64,000 nt of DNA, from NCBI GenBank assembly GCA_001662655.1, contig KV460209.1; one strand, 5' to 3'. Position 1 is the first letter of the stretch. Each line of letters starts with the position of its first letter. This DNA is from Pseudogymnoascus verrucosus (taxonomy: Eukaryota). Below are positions 25,850 through 39,431 of the stretch, piece after piece. The notes below the pieces were generated by a model. It did not search any database and was not told the DNA's origin. It saw only the letters and a program-made list of their open reading frames with translations. The position numbers were made by a program, and so were the translations under genes.

Positions 25850-27194
25850 ATGCTTTTACTACGCTTGTTAACATTTGGCTTTGGCCTTCTCCTCTGCGCT
25901 GTTGCGGATAATATTTCTGTGCCAAATGTTGACATCACCTTTCATAAGTCGCCCAAGCCATTTGAAATCCACGTTGATCGGCATTTCATCGAGGACACTC
26001 GGCAGCGCGTTGCAAACGCAAGGGCTCCTTTGTTTATAGGCGCAAGAGGTGACGGGCCGAGTACTGAAATTTTCTCTACCGTTCGGGATTTCTGGGTTAA
26101 TGAGTATAACTGGACCGCAACTGAAGAGTCTATCAACCAGAAGTAAGTGACATATAAACAGGCCTTGTTGTTATAATAACAGTTTTGTAAGGCTAGAACA
26201 GTTCACGACCATTGTGGAACCGGTAATTGATAATGCTAGTTATCTAGTGCCGTTACACTTTGTTCATCACCGTTCACACCGGAACGACGCTATCCCTCTG
26301 TTATTCATTCATGGCTGGCCCGGCTCGTTTCTAGAAGTCAGCAATATTATCGGCAACTTAACAAACCCTCCTAATGCATCTTTGCCAGCGTTTCACGTTG
26401 TTGCTCCATCAATCCCAGGTTTCGGATTCTCTCCCACACCTCAGAAGCCCGGCTTCGGTCCCGTCGAAACATCACACGCTTTCAACGAACTGATGTGCCA
26501 GCTCGGTTACTCTAAATATGTTATTCAAGGCGGAGATTTCGGTGGGGTTATCCTTCGTTACCAGGCTCATTTGTTTCCGAAGCACGTCGTCTCGGCGCTC
26601 AGCAATTTCTGGATCATTCAGCCCGAAGTAAATGACATCCGCATGCTCGCAGAGGGATTAGCTACACCTGACGAAGTTGCATACATCAATATTTTGGAGA
26701 CCTATATCAATCAAGCATCTGGATACCGCCTGATACAATCCACAGAACCACTCACGCTGGCATTTAGCATTACAGACTCTCCATTGGGCAATGCGATGTG
26801 GATGTATGCTCTAATGTCAAAGGTCATCGACCCGGCAATCATGGTTTGGACTCCCGAGGAGATCATTACTTGGTCAATGATGTATTACATCCAAGGTCCC
26901 TATGGCAGCATGCGCTTTTACAAGGAGGTGCTCAGCGAGGGGGGTCTCGCTGCGCTTGACTTTGGCACTCTGCCGCTGGTGGAGGTCCCAGTCGCCATCA
27001 GCCAGTTCCCTTACGATATCTCCTTTCGTATGCCGTTGGAATGGGCGAAGCGTGGAGGAAATGTTCTCAGGAGGACTGTAAACACCCATGGTGGTCACTT
27101 TGCCGCCTATGAGGTGCCTGGCCTGCTACTCAACGATATCTGGTCATGGTTCGGGGATAGAGAAGTTTCAGGAACAAAAGTGTTTAGACTTTGA
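25850..27194 (+). CDS. Epoxide hydrolase (EHN/microsomal type) with N-terminal signal peptide
   Basis: PLLFIHGWPGSFLE, VAPSIPGFGFS, QGGDFG (nucleophile Asp), GGHFAAYE; intron 26143-26191. Confidence 0.92.
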
Positions 27195-27786
27195 TTAACG
27201 AAGCAGTCTGAGCGAGCACAGTCACAAATTGCTTGTAATTTTAAAGAAGGCTGATTAGAGGCGATGTGGTCTATTTAGTAACCAAACAAAGTAGTTTCTA
27301 ACCGTTCCGCCGAGTAACATGCCAAGTGGGTTAATCTGGCGTCGACTTCCATGGACAAGTGCTTCTCAGGGCTGATGCGACTTAAAATCACCTGACGATG
27401 AGTAGTTCGTATGTATGACCGTGTGTTTGAGCTTGGTCTGCTTAGAGGTGGCTAGAGTCGGAGATGTGGGCATGCGGAGCATCAAGTATAGGCCTGAGGA
27501 GCCTCTATACCAGCCGAGACACAGATGTAGCGAGATTCGAAGTAAGTATAGAAAATCCATATGGCATACTAGCGTTATATGATGCTCGTAGATATTAGAC
27601 CGATTTGAATAGACTAAGGTCAGTACCTCAGAAACAGCTTCTGACCAGAAGTTCTTTTAATTTCCATTATACAGTTGTAGTCAGCTCCGGCGCTCTCACA
27701 CAACAACGGTAACGTATGGTGCTTCTAGAATAACGATGGACTAATTTTCAGCTAGAACCAACATTGAGATGTTCTGAAGCTAATGA

Positions 27787-29929
27787 TCAGAAACTGTCTT
27801 CGAATGTGTCCCAAGACATGTCGCTAGTGTTTCCCCATCCCATAGTCATTGATGCCCATACATCGTTAAAAAGGGGAAGGTTCTTCGCCTCGCTGGCATC
27901 GGTGGACGATCCCGATATATTTATAAGCTCGGGATCCCATTGTCCCAGGGATGTTCGAAGGCTTCCGTCCATCATAGGACACCCAAAAATCCTGCTTGCT
28001 GGGGCAGTGCACGGTGGTTCGCTAAGTGAGCCCAACCGATGATCGTATTTCGACTTCATAACACTAAGCACGGCGCGCCTAGCTGAGATAATGTCATTTG
28101 AAGCTGTAGCAATATCTGCACCATGCGAAACTTTGGATAAGAACTGATCTAGTTGGAGTTCGGAGCGAGCCCATGCCGAATCGAAATCCGGACAAAGCAA
28201 AAGCGGGAATGACAAGCGGAACGACAGTGTAAGGACGACAATAAGTCGAGTCCAGTCGTTTATAGTAAATGAGAGGAGTGACGAATCTTCTAGGTCGCTT
28301 ATGTAGTCCAGAAAAGCTCGTAGCTTTTTTGTAGCAGTGCAGATCTTGGATAATAGGGGAGGAAAGGGAGTTATATTGGCAGACAGGTAGGTCTTCGCTA
28401 CAGGGAATGCGAGTAAGCTCCCGCAGTCAAGGAAGATTTCGACAAACATCGTTTGCAATCGTATAGGTTCTTTCTACCACGTAAGCATCTCCCCCGCATG
28501 TTCACATTCACCCAGCTTGACGTACCGGAACCCAAAACAGTGGGGGTCATGCTGCCCTGCATTTCCTGATATTGTTGCTCAAGACCAATCAAAATCAGTC
28601 GACTGTTCTGCACCGTCTGCACGTCTCTCTCATTGATAGCTTCGGATGCATCGGAGAAGAGATTCGATAGGCGGACTAAAGCCACTAGCGTGTTGTCACT
28701 TTCAACTTGGGCGTTGTGTTGAAGGGTGTCAATGGCGGAACTTGCCCAAGGGGGGAAATGGGTACGTAGAATTGTCTCTCCTTTCCATACAACGATATAC
28801 CTAAAGGAGCGTTCAAATGTAAGAATAATTGCATGATCGAATTTGAGGTCATTGTAACATACGTAGAAACAAGATAGACGTAGGCGAGATATGCTCGGAT
28901 CTTTTCAAGTTCATCGCCTGTCACTTTCGGACTCCACGGATCACGCATTGTAAGAAAATTTTCATCTAAATGGAGGTCCTGAACAAGATCTGCCGCCATT
29001 CGCAAGCAGTGAACAAGCTGTCCGTTTTTGGGCCACAAGTGAAAAGGATACCTTGTGACGTTAGCAGGAAATGCATAGAACTAATTTAACACCCAGACAT
29101 ACCATGCGCAGTATATTAATAAGCCCTGGAGCATCTCAAGACTTCTTTCCCCGCCAGAGACATACTTGAGACCTAGGGCTTTCCGAAACTCATCATCATA
29201 CAGCGCGTGTTTCTGCACCATCTTCGACCCCGAAGCTACAGTTAAGATAGACAGCAGAGTGAAAGGTTTTGTGGCAGCGAGATGTAGGACGGAAGAATCA
29301 TCAGGTAGGATTACAAATGGTAGGTAGTTGACCATGGACTTAAAGGAATTTAGGAGAGATTCGGCGGAAGCTATATTGAATAAGGGCTGACGCCAGATGT
29401 CGGAGATTAAATGAGGTTGATTCGACAAACTCGAGGGGCTTGGAAGGCTGACGGATTGGCTTGCCGTTTGCGAGTTGTCGATGGGATTCTCTTCAATAAG
29501 TGCAGCATTAAGAGCCCGGTCATGAATTTCCCGCAAGGTTTCGAAGTTGTCATCAAGACCGGCCTTGACTGGCACAGAGTAATCAATGCTAAAGGTGCTG
29601 AGCTGGCCCAGTGGGTGCAGCGACGGATCGATCTCTCCCATTCTAGAGGTGTTAGAGAGGATCTAGGGGTCGGCAAAACATTGTTCTTACCCCCAAGTGT
29701 GTTCCCATCTGCGAGGCCGTGCTCTAGTGCGGGAGATGCACTCTCTCTTCAAGGCGAGACATCTGATAAGAAACTATAAGCATGAACGGGAAAACTAAGA
29801 TTGTTTGACGCATTACTTTTCACACACCCCTGGCTGGTCACTGGGTTGGCACCTGATTCTAGCTGCCCGACAATGCTCACACGCTGTTGAGTTTCGTTTC
29901 GAATTGCGGCCTCGTCTCTCTAGATTCAT
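27787..29929 (-). CDS. Zn2Cys6 transcription factor, multi-exon
   Basis: MNLERRGRNSKRNSTACEHCRAARIRCQPSDQPGVCEK then GTAATG donor; later exons with RSLEMLQGLLIYCAW and RAYLAYVYL middle-homology motifs. Confidence 0.85.
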
Positions 29930-30729
29930 ATTAATGGAGTCAGGCGGAGCCAATCGAATTGCTAGATGGTGTAACGTCCTAAATCTAAACTTGAACTCTA
30001 TGCGATTTTAACGTCTATAGAGTGTAAAGGTAAGGCATAGGCAATTAAAACAAATGGATGCAGATAGGATGAGGGTCGGAATCTTTGGCAAGGCAGTCAA
30101 ATTCTTTCAAAATGAACCAATTAAGTCCTCTACTAACATATTACTTTACAAGCGTTGATTGGTCATTTTTTTTAGTCATGGATTACTCGAGCAGTGTAAT
30201 TGAGTTTGCCTCGCGCTACTAGTGGGGCTACATCCGAAACGCACCCGGGTATAGCCTGTGCCTTAATTGGACTATGCCTAGGATTAGGGAGCATAGACCT
30301 AGTAGTGTACTATAATTGTGGTCGGAAGCAATATGGGTTCGCGAGCTATTATAGAAGTAATATGCGTTTGAAACTAAAAACCATAAGTACCTTTATATAA
30401 CGTATTTCACAGGCGAAGCGATCACATGGGCATCAAAAACTTGAGGGCCCTCACCCGCCAGTCCAAATGCCACGCCATCGTATCACCACCCATGCCGGAG
30501 CGATGACAACGACAGCGCGCCAACAACGCTCTCTCAAGTCTGACTCGATTCAGCTCTAGGTGGTCTTCATCGAAGAGACTTAGGTTCCCAGCCCACGGGG
30601 AGGTACGAGTCGTCGCAGGCCCTACAACGATTAGGCTGTACACCGCAGACATGTGCAATGGATCTAATGACACACGTGACATGCATTCGAAGGCGGTTGT
30701 TGTAATAGTCACATGACTTCACGTGATCT

Positions 30730-32902
30730 CTGTACGGAATATCAGTAAAGCCTAGAAGTAGATTAAGTAATAGAGTTTTCTTAAGCACCTGCTTTTATAG
30801 GTACTAGAGAATTCCTAGGCATCTAAGAATTGCTTAGTACTAGATAGAGTAGGCACCTAACTCTTTCTAAGTACCTAACTATTATAGGGTACTAGATAGA
30901 ATAGGTACTAGACTATTTATAAGCACCTCCTTATAAGAACCCTATATAATAGAATAGTAGGAATAGTGAGAATAGTAAAGGAGTTTGCTATTCTAACTAT
31001 TCCCTTTAGTATAACACTACTATATAAGTAGATAGTTAGTTCTTAGATAGGAGCTTTGTGCTTAACTTAATATAGTATTTGTTATATACTAGTAACATGT
31101 TTTATAAAAGCCTTTTATATCTAATCCCCTATCTCCTCTAATAAGTAACCTAATGTAATAAAACCTCTATAAGTCTTATAGTTTAAGACCTAGCATTATA
31201 CTACTATAGTAATTAAGTAAGCTATAAGAGGACCTATCTACTAGAGTATAAAGGTAGGTTATAAGAGTACTTACTACTAGGGTATAGAGGCCCCTAACTA
31301 TTACTATAGTAAGGGGGGGCATTACTAGACTACTACTAATGCTATTCTAGTGCCCTAAGAAGTTAGGTAGTAGGTGTCTACTACTAATCTACCCTACTTA
31401 TAGAGGGAGGGGGTGCTAACTTGTAACGCTAGGTCTTAAACTATAAGACTCACAGAGGTTTTGTTGCGTTAGTTTACTTAACAGAGGAGGCAGGGGATCA
31501 GACACAAAGGCTTTCGTAAAACACATTACAGTATATAACAAATACTATATTGAGTTGAGCACGAAGCTCCTATCTAAGAACTAACTATCCGCTTATATAG
31601 TAGCGTCGTGCTAAAGGATATCGAAGATATCATAGATAACAAATATCTAACATATCGTTGTTATCCATTACGTAGGTCTTGCGATATGATTAGGTCTGAG
31701 GACTAGAGGTCTCTAGATCCAACCAATCCTGCGACGTCCCCTGCTCTCAAGACCACAGGGCGTAGGAGCCACTTAGTTCCTACGCTCCTAGGTCGTGCGC
31801 CTAGCTCAGTCCCTAGGCCCGATTGGGTCTAGCGCCACTAATGTTCTGGCGCTTAGCTTAGTCGTTCGACCCAACAAGGTCATACGCTGTCTGGTTTCCA
31901 ACAGCAGATACTCTGTTCTAATATTGGAAACCTACACGGTCCATAGTTTCCCCGAGGGCTGTAACATAACTAACTAGGACCTCTATGCTATCTAAAGGAA
32001 CCTAGACTCTAAAAAGGGGGGTATTATTATAGGTATAGTAGGAGGCCCTACCTTAGGGGAAATATAGGCTAGGGAACTAGTGCCTTAGGCATCCCTTACT
32101 AGCTAACACCTATATACCTATATACCCTATGCCTTATAGCTAGTAGGAGGTTAGTATATAGCCCTAACTTACTACTAAGTTAGTAGGGGCCTAACTTTAA
32201 AGTAGTAGATAAGAGTAGCTAAGCCCCCTATAGGTAGGGCTTAGAGATTAGTCTATTAAATGCTGTTTTAGTTACCTAGGCCTATAGCTATAGTACACTT
32301 CTACTAAACCCCTATACTATAATTATAACTAGAGGTTTAATTTACACTACTACTTTAATAGATAATTATTAACCTTATTTTTAGGTAGTAATTACCTTAG
32401 TGTAGTATATATAAAAGCCTATGTTAAGGCTAGGTGAGTTAATAATATTATAGCTATTATTCTCTTCTAAAAATTAATTTAATTTTTAATAATACAGCTT
32501 TTGTTATAAATGCTAATATAAAGCTAGGCTCTAACTAATCTATTTCCATAAAGTGTATATTTAGCTCTCCTCCCTCTTAAATAAAACATTTTAACTATTT
32601 GTTTTCTAGATCTTAATTTATAAAATGTAACGTAACATTATAGGAAGACTAGGTATCTGTTTTTAAAGCTACTATTATGAAATCCCTAACTAAAGGTCTT
32701 AATATTATAGTTGTAAACACTAGCATTAGTAAAAAAAATGTATAAAAAAAATAGGGTAAAAAAAACATATAATAGTAGGTATTTACTAGTAGTTACCTAC
32801 CTAATGGTAATAATGTTAACATATATAAAGTAGGTCTTATATTAAGATGTAATAAATGCTAATAAACGTAATACACTATAACTTTAGATAGCTATAGATA
32901 AT
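30730..32902. repeat. AT-rich heavily RIP-mutated repeat relics, including a degenerate partial LTR copy at about 31011-31200
   Basis: Strong TpA/TAG excess; 31011-31200 aligns to the 3' part of the LTR with further C>T/G>A changes. Confidence 0.8.
31422..31966 (-). mobile_element. Solo LTR (545 bp), same family as the full element, inverted orientation
   Basis: Reverse complement of 32903-33447; TG..CA ends; TAACT duplicated at 31417-31421 and 31967-31971. Confidence 0.93.
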
Positions 32903-33447
32903 TGTTACAGCCCTCGGGGAAACTATGGACCGTGTAGGTTTCCGATATTAGAACAGAGTATCTGCTGTCGGAAACCAGACAGCGTACGACCTTGTTAGGT
33001 CGAACGACTAAGCCAAGCGCTAGAACATCAGTGGCGCCAGACCTAATCAGGCCTAGGGACTGAGCTAGGCGCACGACCTAGGAGCGTAGGAACTAAGTGG
33101 CTCCTACGCCCTACGGTCTTGAGAGCAGGGGACGTTGCGGGATTAGTTGGATCTAGAGACCTCCAGTCCTTAGACCCAATCATATCGCAAGACCCACGTG
33201 ATGGATAACAACAATATGTTAGATATTTGTTATTTATGATATCTTTGATATCCTTTAGCACGACGCTACTATATAAGCAGATAGTTAGTTCTTAGATAGG
33301 AGCTTCGTGCTCAACTCAATATAGTATTTGTTATATACTGTAACGTGTTTTACAAAAGCCTTTGTGTCTAATCCCCTGCCTCCTCTGTTAAGTAAACCAA
33401 CGCAACGAAACCTCTATAAGTCTTATAGTTTAAGACCTAGCGTTACA
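32903..33447 (+). repeat. 5' LTR
   Basis: TGTTACA...GTTACA, 545 bp, near-identical to 39432-39976. Confidence 0.95.
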
Positions 33448-36400
33448 CTTTAAGCACCACTTCTACGAGGTACCGGCTCATACACAAAGCAACATGGCTA
33501 GAAACGATTCCACCTCCAACGTAGGGACGAAAGGGAAGGCGGCTACAGAGCCTATCCCTTCGCCTACTACCACGCCCGCGCCTAGAGGGCCTTACCCCTC
33601 AGACAAACTCAAGATTGCATTCCTGGACACCTTCAACGGGGACTGCAAGAAGCTTAAGAGCTTCCTTATCTAGACAGAGTTGTAGATGGCCTTTAACGCC
33701 AAACACTTCGCCTTTGAAGTGCAACAGGTCTTGTGGGCCGTAGCCCTCTTAAGAGGTGCTGCCTTAGACTAGATTGCTAACTACCTAACCGACTACATAA
33801 GCCACCGTGCAGCTAACGGAAGGGTCACTACAACGGCCAACTAGGGAACTAAGGATATCTTCATCACTTAGGCAGGTTTCGTTAAACAGCTCAAGGCGAA
33901 CTTTAGAGATGTCGATGAGAGAAGGAATGCAGTGCAAGCCATTCAGGCCCTTAGACAGAAAGGGTCTGCGGTTACGTATACTGCTAAGTTTCAGCAGCAT
34001 GCCCCTCTCACCCATTAGGGAGACGAGGCTATATGCGACTAATATTACAAGGGGTTAAAGGATTATGTAAAGGATGAGATTTCTCAATCCGACAAACCAG
34101 ATGACCTTAAGGAACTCATCAAGATGGCATAGAAAATTAACAATCGTTGCTACGAACGCCAACTCGAAAGACGAGGAGGAACATCTAGCTACTAATGGAC
34201 TTAGAAAAGAAAGACACTAAAGAGCTATTGGCCCTAACCTATAGAGCTTAACGCTACGTTCAAGCCTAGCAGAAGACACCGCAACCCTAACAAGGAGCAA
34301 CAGCTTAAGGAACGGCTCTGTTTTAATTGCAACAAACCCGGCCATATAGCCTAAGATTGCAAGCAACCTAAGAAGGGGAACAGTGGACGCAAGTTCAGCA
34401 GACAACTTAATGCCACTTAGAAGGGACAACTAAACGCCACGTTCGTAGACAAACCTAATTAGGGGATTAACGGTGTCAGCACCCTAGAAGGGCAGAGCTC
34501 TAACGACGAGGATCTCGATGAGTTCGATGCATCGCTTGAAGTTGAGAACGAACGCCTAAACAAGGGATTAACGGAATCCTAGAAACTCCAGCTAAAGGAG
34601 TTTGAAGAAGACGCGAAGGAGATCGCATTTAAGGAAAATCTACTAGGAGTGGTCGACATCTACAGACAGGCCATGCTCCGAAAGGGAACTCTACGAGCGA
34701 TTCCTGTACCACTGCCCCCAACAGGATGGATGGGTACTCGATAGGACTAGGAAGTTGCAGTTCGCGCCATAAGGTGTCACCCTAGGTACCTGCAAGGGAG
34801 GGAGCCCTGAGGAGCGAACCACACCTCCGAAGAAGCCACTATGTAGTTGAAATACAAGCTTGCGGAATATAACGCGCAAGACAAACAGCAGGAAGACACT
34901 CAGGGCCCTAAACCCTAGGAACTACAAGCAGACTAAGCTGCTATAGACTACGAACCCACCGATGGAGACGTAGAAAGGTTACGTGAAACCATAGAGAAAT
35001 CTGAGCTCACAGGCAAGATAAGGGAGGAACAGGAATTGACAAAGTTAGATGCATTAAGGATTGATCACCCCTAGCACCTATATATATTCTAGGAACACTG
35101 CAAGCACGATGACTGTAAGAGTCACCTACAGAAAAAGACCTAGTATCGACTATTTCCGAAAATCGCACCTTAGGTCTACTTTACAGATATAGACCAAATT
35201 TATGCCCTTAGACGAAGTCAGTCTAAAGGAGAACTACTGTTGAAAAAACAACAATAGGTATACGAGAAATACCCGCACCTGCTAAATGAAGCAGAAGGAT
35301 AGGGAGGACCATCTTCCTAAGGACCGCCTATAGAGGATAATGAACATCACTATTACTCCTCAGACGAGTTAAAAAACTAGGAGTCCTCGACAGTAGGCCA
35401 CCGGCGAGTAACAAAGAGAGGCCTAGTACGAAGCAGCTATGCGCTATAGGAGGCAGTATGCAGCTATATGTAGTCGCTAAGATACAACAGCGACACCTCC
35501 GAGCTATAATTGACTTAGGAGCAATGGGCAACTTTATAACAAAGAAAGTAGCAGGCACTTAAGGTTTCAAGACGCAATTGAAAACCGATCCTTACCTACT
35601 AATAGTTGTGGATAGAGAGCCCATCTTAACCAACAAGGGGATAGTGACCTACAAGACGGTCCCATTAGAAATGGTTATGCTACGCAGACACAAGGAAACG
35701 ATCTAATTTGATATCGTACATATAGACAACTATGCATGTATCCTTAGTGTGCTGTGGCTTAAGAAACACAACCCTTAGATCAACTGGTAGAACGAGAAAG
35801 TTGTAATGAGCCAGTGCGTGTGTGAACAACGAACGGACACGCCACAACGGGAGGAACCCTCCTAGGGCCGACGCAAGGTGTGTGCGACCTCTATAGAGCC
35901 CAGTGACCTAGCCTAGGCACCCTTACCGACGAATATACCAGTAGAGTATAAGGAATACAAGCAGCTATTCTAGGAAGGCCCTAAGAACGAGGCGCTTCCT
36001 AAACACCAACTATAGGATTATGTAATACCCTTAGAAGAAGGAAAGAGTCCACCGTTTAGACTAATATACCAGATGTCAGCAGACGAACTAAAACTGCTAA
36101 AGGAATATATCGACGATAACCTTAAGAAAGGATTTATTAGACCATCCAAATCTCCTACAGGAAGCCCGATGTTATAGGTTCCTAAGAAGGATGGAAGCAA
36201 ACGACTATGCGTAGACTATCGAGCATTGAACAATATAACGATAAAGGATCGATACGCCTTACCGTTAATCAATGAGTTATACAATAGATTCTAAGGAGCT
36301 AAGATCTTCACTAAGCTAGATCTACGTAGCGCGTACAACCTGATCTAGATAGCTGACGGCAAGGAGTAGAAAACAGCATTCCGCACCCGCTATAGCCTAT

Positions 36401-38785
36401 TCGAATATTAAGTCATGCCCTTTAGGTTGACCAACGCCCCCGCATCTATGCAACGCTTAATGAATGACGCTTTGCACGAATATCTAGACATATTCACCAT
36501 CGTTTACTTAGACGATATACTAGTATACTCAGCAAACAAGGACGAACATGCTCAGCATGTTAAGCTCGTCCTCTAGAAGCTAAAGGAATACAACCTACTG
36601 TTGAAGCTAGAGAAATGTGAGTTCTATAAAAACTAAGTCGAATTCTTAGGCTACATTATCGGAACGCACGGCATTAAGATGGACTAAGCAAAGGTTACAG
36701 CAGTGTTGGAATAGCTAACACTAACTACAGTCAAGGAAGTACAAGCCTTCTTAGGCTTCGCCAACTTCTACCGTCGGTTTATTGCAGGATATTCTAAGGT
36801 AGCTCAACCACTCACAGAGCTCACTAGGAGGGATCTCGCGTTCGAATGGACAGAAAAAGCAGAGGCTACCTTCTAGGAACTTAAGACAAAGTTTATAGAG
36901 GCACCTATCCTTGCTACATTCGACCCTGCAAAGAAGATCATCCTCGAGACAGACTCTTCTGACTTCGCGATTAGAGCATGTCTAAACCAACTAGACGAGA
37001 ACGGTAAGTTTAAACCAATCGCGTACTACTCTAGGAAACTGTCACCTGCAGAGCTCAACTATAACATCCACGACAAGGAGCTACTGGCTATTGTCGTTGC
37101 CTTTAAGCAGTGGCGCGTATATCTTAAGGGATCCACCTACACTATGCAAGTGTGGACAGATCACAAGAACCTCATATACTTCACTACAACTAAGGTTTTA
37201 AACCGTAGACAAGTCCGCTAGGCAGAAACCCTCGCAGCCTACAACTTCACAATAACCTATCGTAAGGGCTCCGAGAACGCAAGAGCAGACGCTCTCAGTA
37301 GACGGACCGACTACGTCGGCCTAAAGGAAGAAAGACCTAGAGCAATATTAAAGAAAACAGACGTAGGAATACAGTATAATGAGTTACTAGCGACGATCTC
37401 CATTGTCGAAGACACAGAACTTAAGGCGAGACTCAAGAAATCTTATGTAATAGACAAATACGCAAAGAGAGTCTTAACTAAGGTCGAAGGCGACTTTGCT
37501 ATAGACGAACAAGGATTGATCCGTTACAAAGGATTAGTGTATGTCCTAAGTCAAATAAGACGCCCGCTAGTGCAAGAACAACACTCGTTGCCAGCACACG
37601 GTCATTAGGGAGTAACACGAACCTTTGAACGAATCACGAGACACTACTACTTCCTAGGTATAAGGAAGCAGGTAGAAACGGTGGTAAGAGAGTGCAACAT
37701 TTGCAGCAAATCGAAATCTAATAGGCACTTGCCTTATAGACAGCTCAAGTCGACACTAGTACCAAAAGGAGCGTGGAAATCAATAGCCCTAGACTTCATT
37801 GTCAAGCTACTACCCTCTAAAGACCTGTTAACAGGAGTAGAATACGACTCTATCCTTGTTATTACAGAAAGACTCACGAAGTATAGGAAATTCGTGCTAT
37901 ATCTAGAAGCCAGCGACGCCGAGGCGCTTACGTATACCTTCATTTAAGTTATATTAGCCGATCACGGGATGCTAGAAGAAATCATCTTAGACAGAGACAA
38001 GCTCTTCACTTCGAAATTCTAGAAATCATTAATGGCTCTGCTAGGAACAAATCACAAGCTATTAACAGCTTTCCACCCCTAGACAGACGGCTAAACAGAA
38101 AGGTTAAATCAAACCCTTAAGCAGTACCTACAGAGTTATGTCAATCATTAACAGGATAATTAGGTTCAGATTTTACCCATCGCACAGTTCGCATATAACA
38201 GCGCGATGGCAGAAGCAACGAAAGTTTCACCGTTCTTTACCAATTACGGCTACTAGCCAGAGGCATATAGGCAACTAAGACCGGACGAGGCACGAGCTAA
38301 ACAAGCCCTAATCGTAGTGGAACAACTGAAATCGTTCTACAAACAACTTGCAACGGACATCTAATTCTTAAATGAACGATCCGCTGCATATGCAAATAGG
38401 AAGCGCAGTATAGAACCTGCCTTTAAGGAGGGGGGTAAAGTATACCTACTCTAAAAACACATCAAAACGAAACGACTAAGTACGAAGTTGGACTTTAAGA
38501 AATTAGGACCATTCAAGATATTGAACAAAGTCAGCTTAGTTAATTACAGACTGCAGCTACCTAAGAACTCCAAACTCCACCTAGTATTTTATGTCTTATT
38601 ATTAGAACTAGCAAGAGAGGATACCCTAATTACAACAGACACCGAACTCCAACCCAAGAATGAAGTTATTAAATATAAGGTCGAGGCGATCCTAGATAGA
38701 AGGTTAGTAGGGCGCCAAGAAGAGTTTTTGATTAAATGGAAAGGTTACGAACCTACAGATAACTTATAGGAGTTAAGGGGGAACC

Positions 38786-39319
38786 TCAGCTGCCTAGAGC
38801 TGCTGGCGGAGTTCCACTGTCGACACCCCAACGTTTGAAAAACCTAGGAGACAGGGCCGCGAAAAGGTCTAGGTTGGGGACAGCGGTCCTAGAGACGGTC
38901 GTAGAAGGACTGTAAGGAAAGGCCTCTTTAGACTCGGCTTCCTTACGCTCTTTCTCCTCTACCTCGTCGAGTTCGTCTATGGTTTTTAGACCCCGACGAA
39001 GCATGTCTTTAGCTCGGGAACGGAACAGACGTTGCTGCTTGCAAAGGCGAAGGATTTTGGCCATTGCCTCTTCCTCCTCCTCTTGCAAGCAACGTTCTTC
39101 GCGTTCGAGCTTATCCTAGTCGCTAGCGGAAGGACCACTAGCATCACAGCGAGCGTTGACGCAGATACATTCACTACATCGTTTCGAATCGTCCGATACG
39201 ACGCATTTCACACATTTCTTTTCACATCGACTACAGGGCAGCATCTCAATGCCGGTAGTTAGGATTCGTTGAGCTAGAGCAAGACGTTCTTTGATTTTAG
39301 TATGTTTAGAAGAAGACAT
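38786..39319 (-). pseudogene. Antisense accessory ORF of the retrotransposon: Cys6 zinc-binding motif plus coiled coil
   Basis: ORFs 39116-39319 and 38786-39088 share one frame, split by a single TAG; CSRC-x5-C-x8-CSEC-x6-C then E/K/R-rich helix. Confidence 0.75.
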
Positions 39320-39431
39320 AGTCGCAGCCTGACCTACCCATAGAACAAGTGGGCATCGCTCTACTTAAGTAGTTAGCGTTTTTCTTAGTCAGCAACAGGC
39401 CTCGGGACTAGGCCTTAAGGGAGGGACCTAG

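Noticed and set aside
30422..30730. GC-balanced stretch beside the RIP island with short ORFs
   Set aside because: Interrupted frames, no identifiable motif
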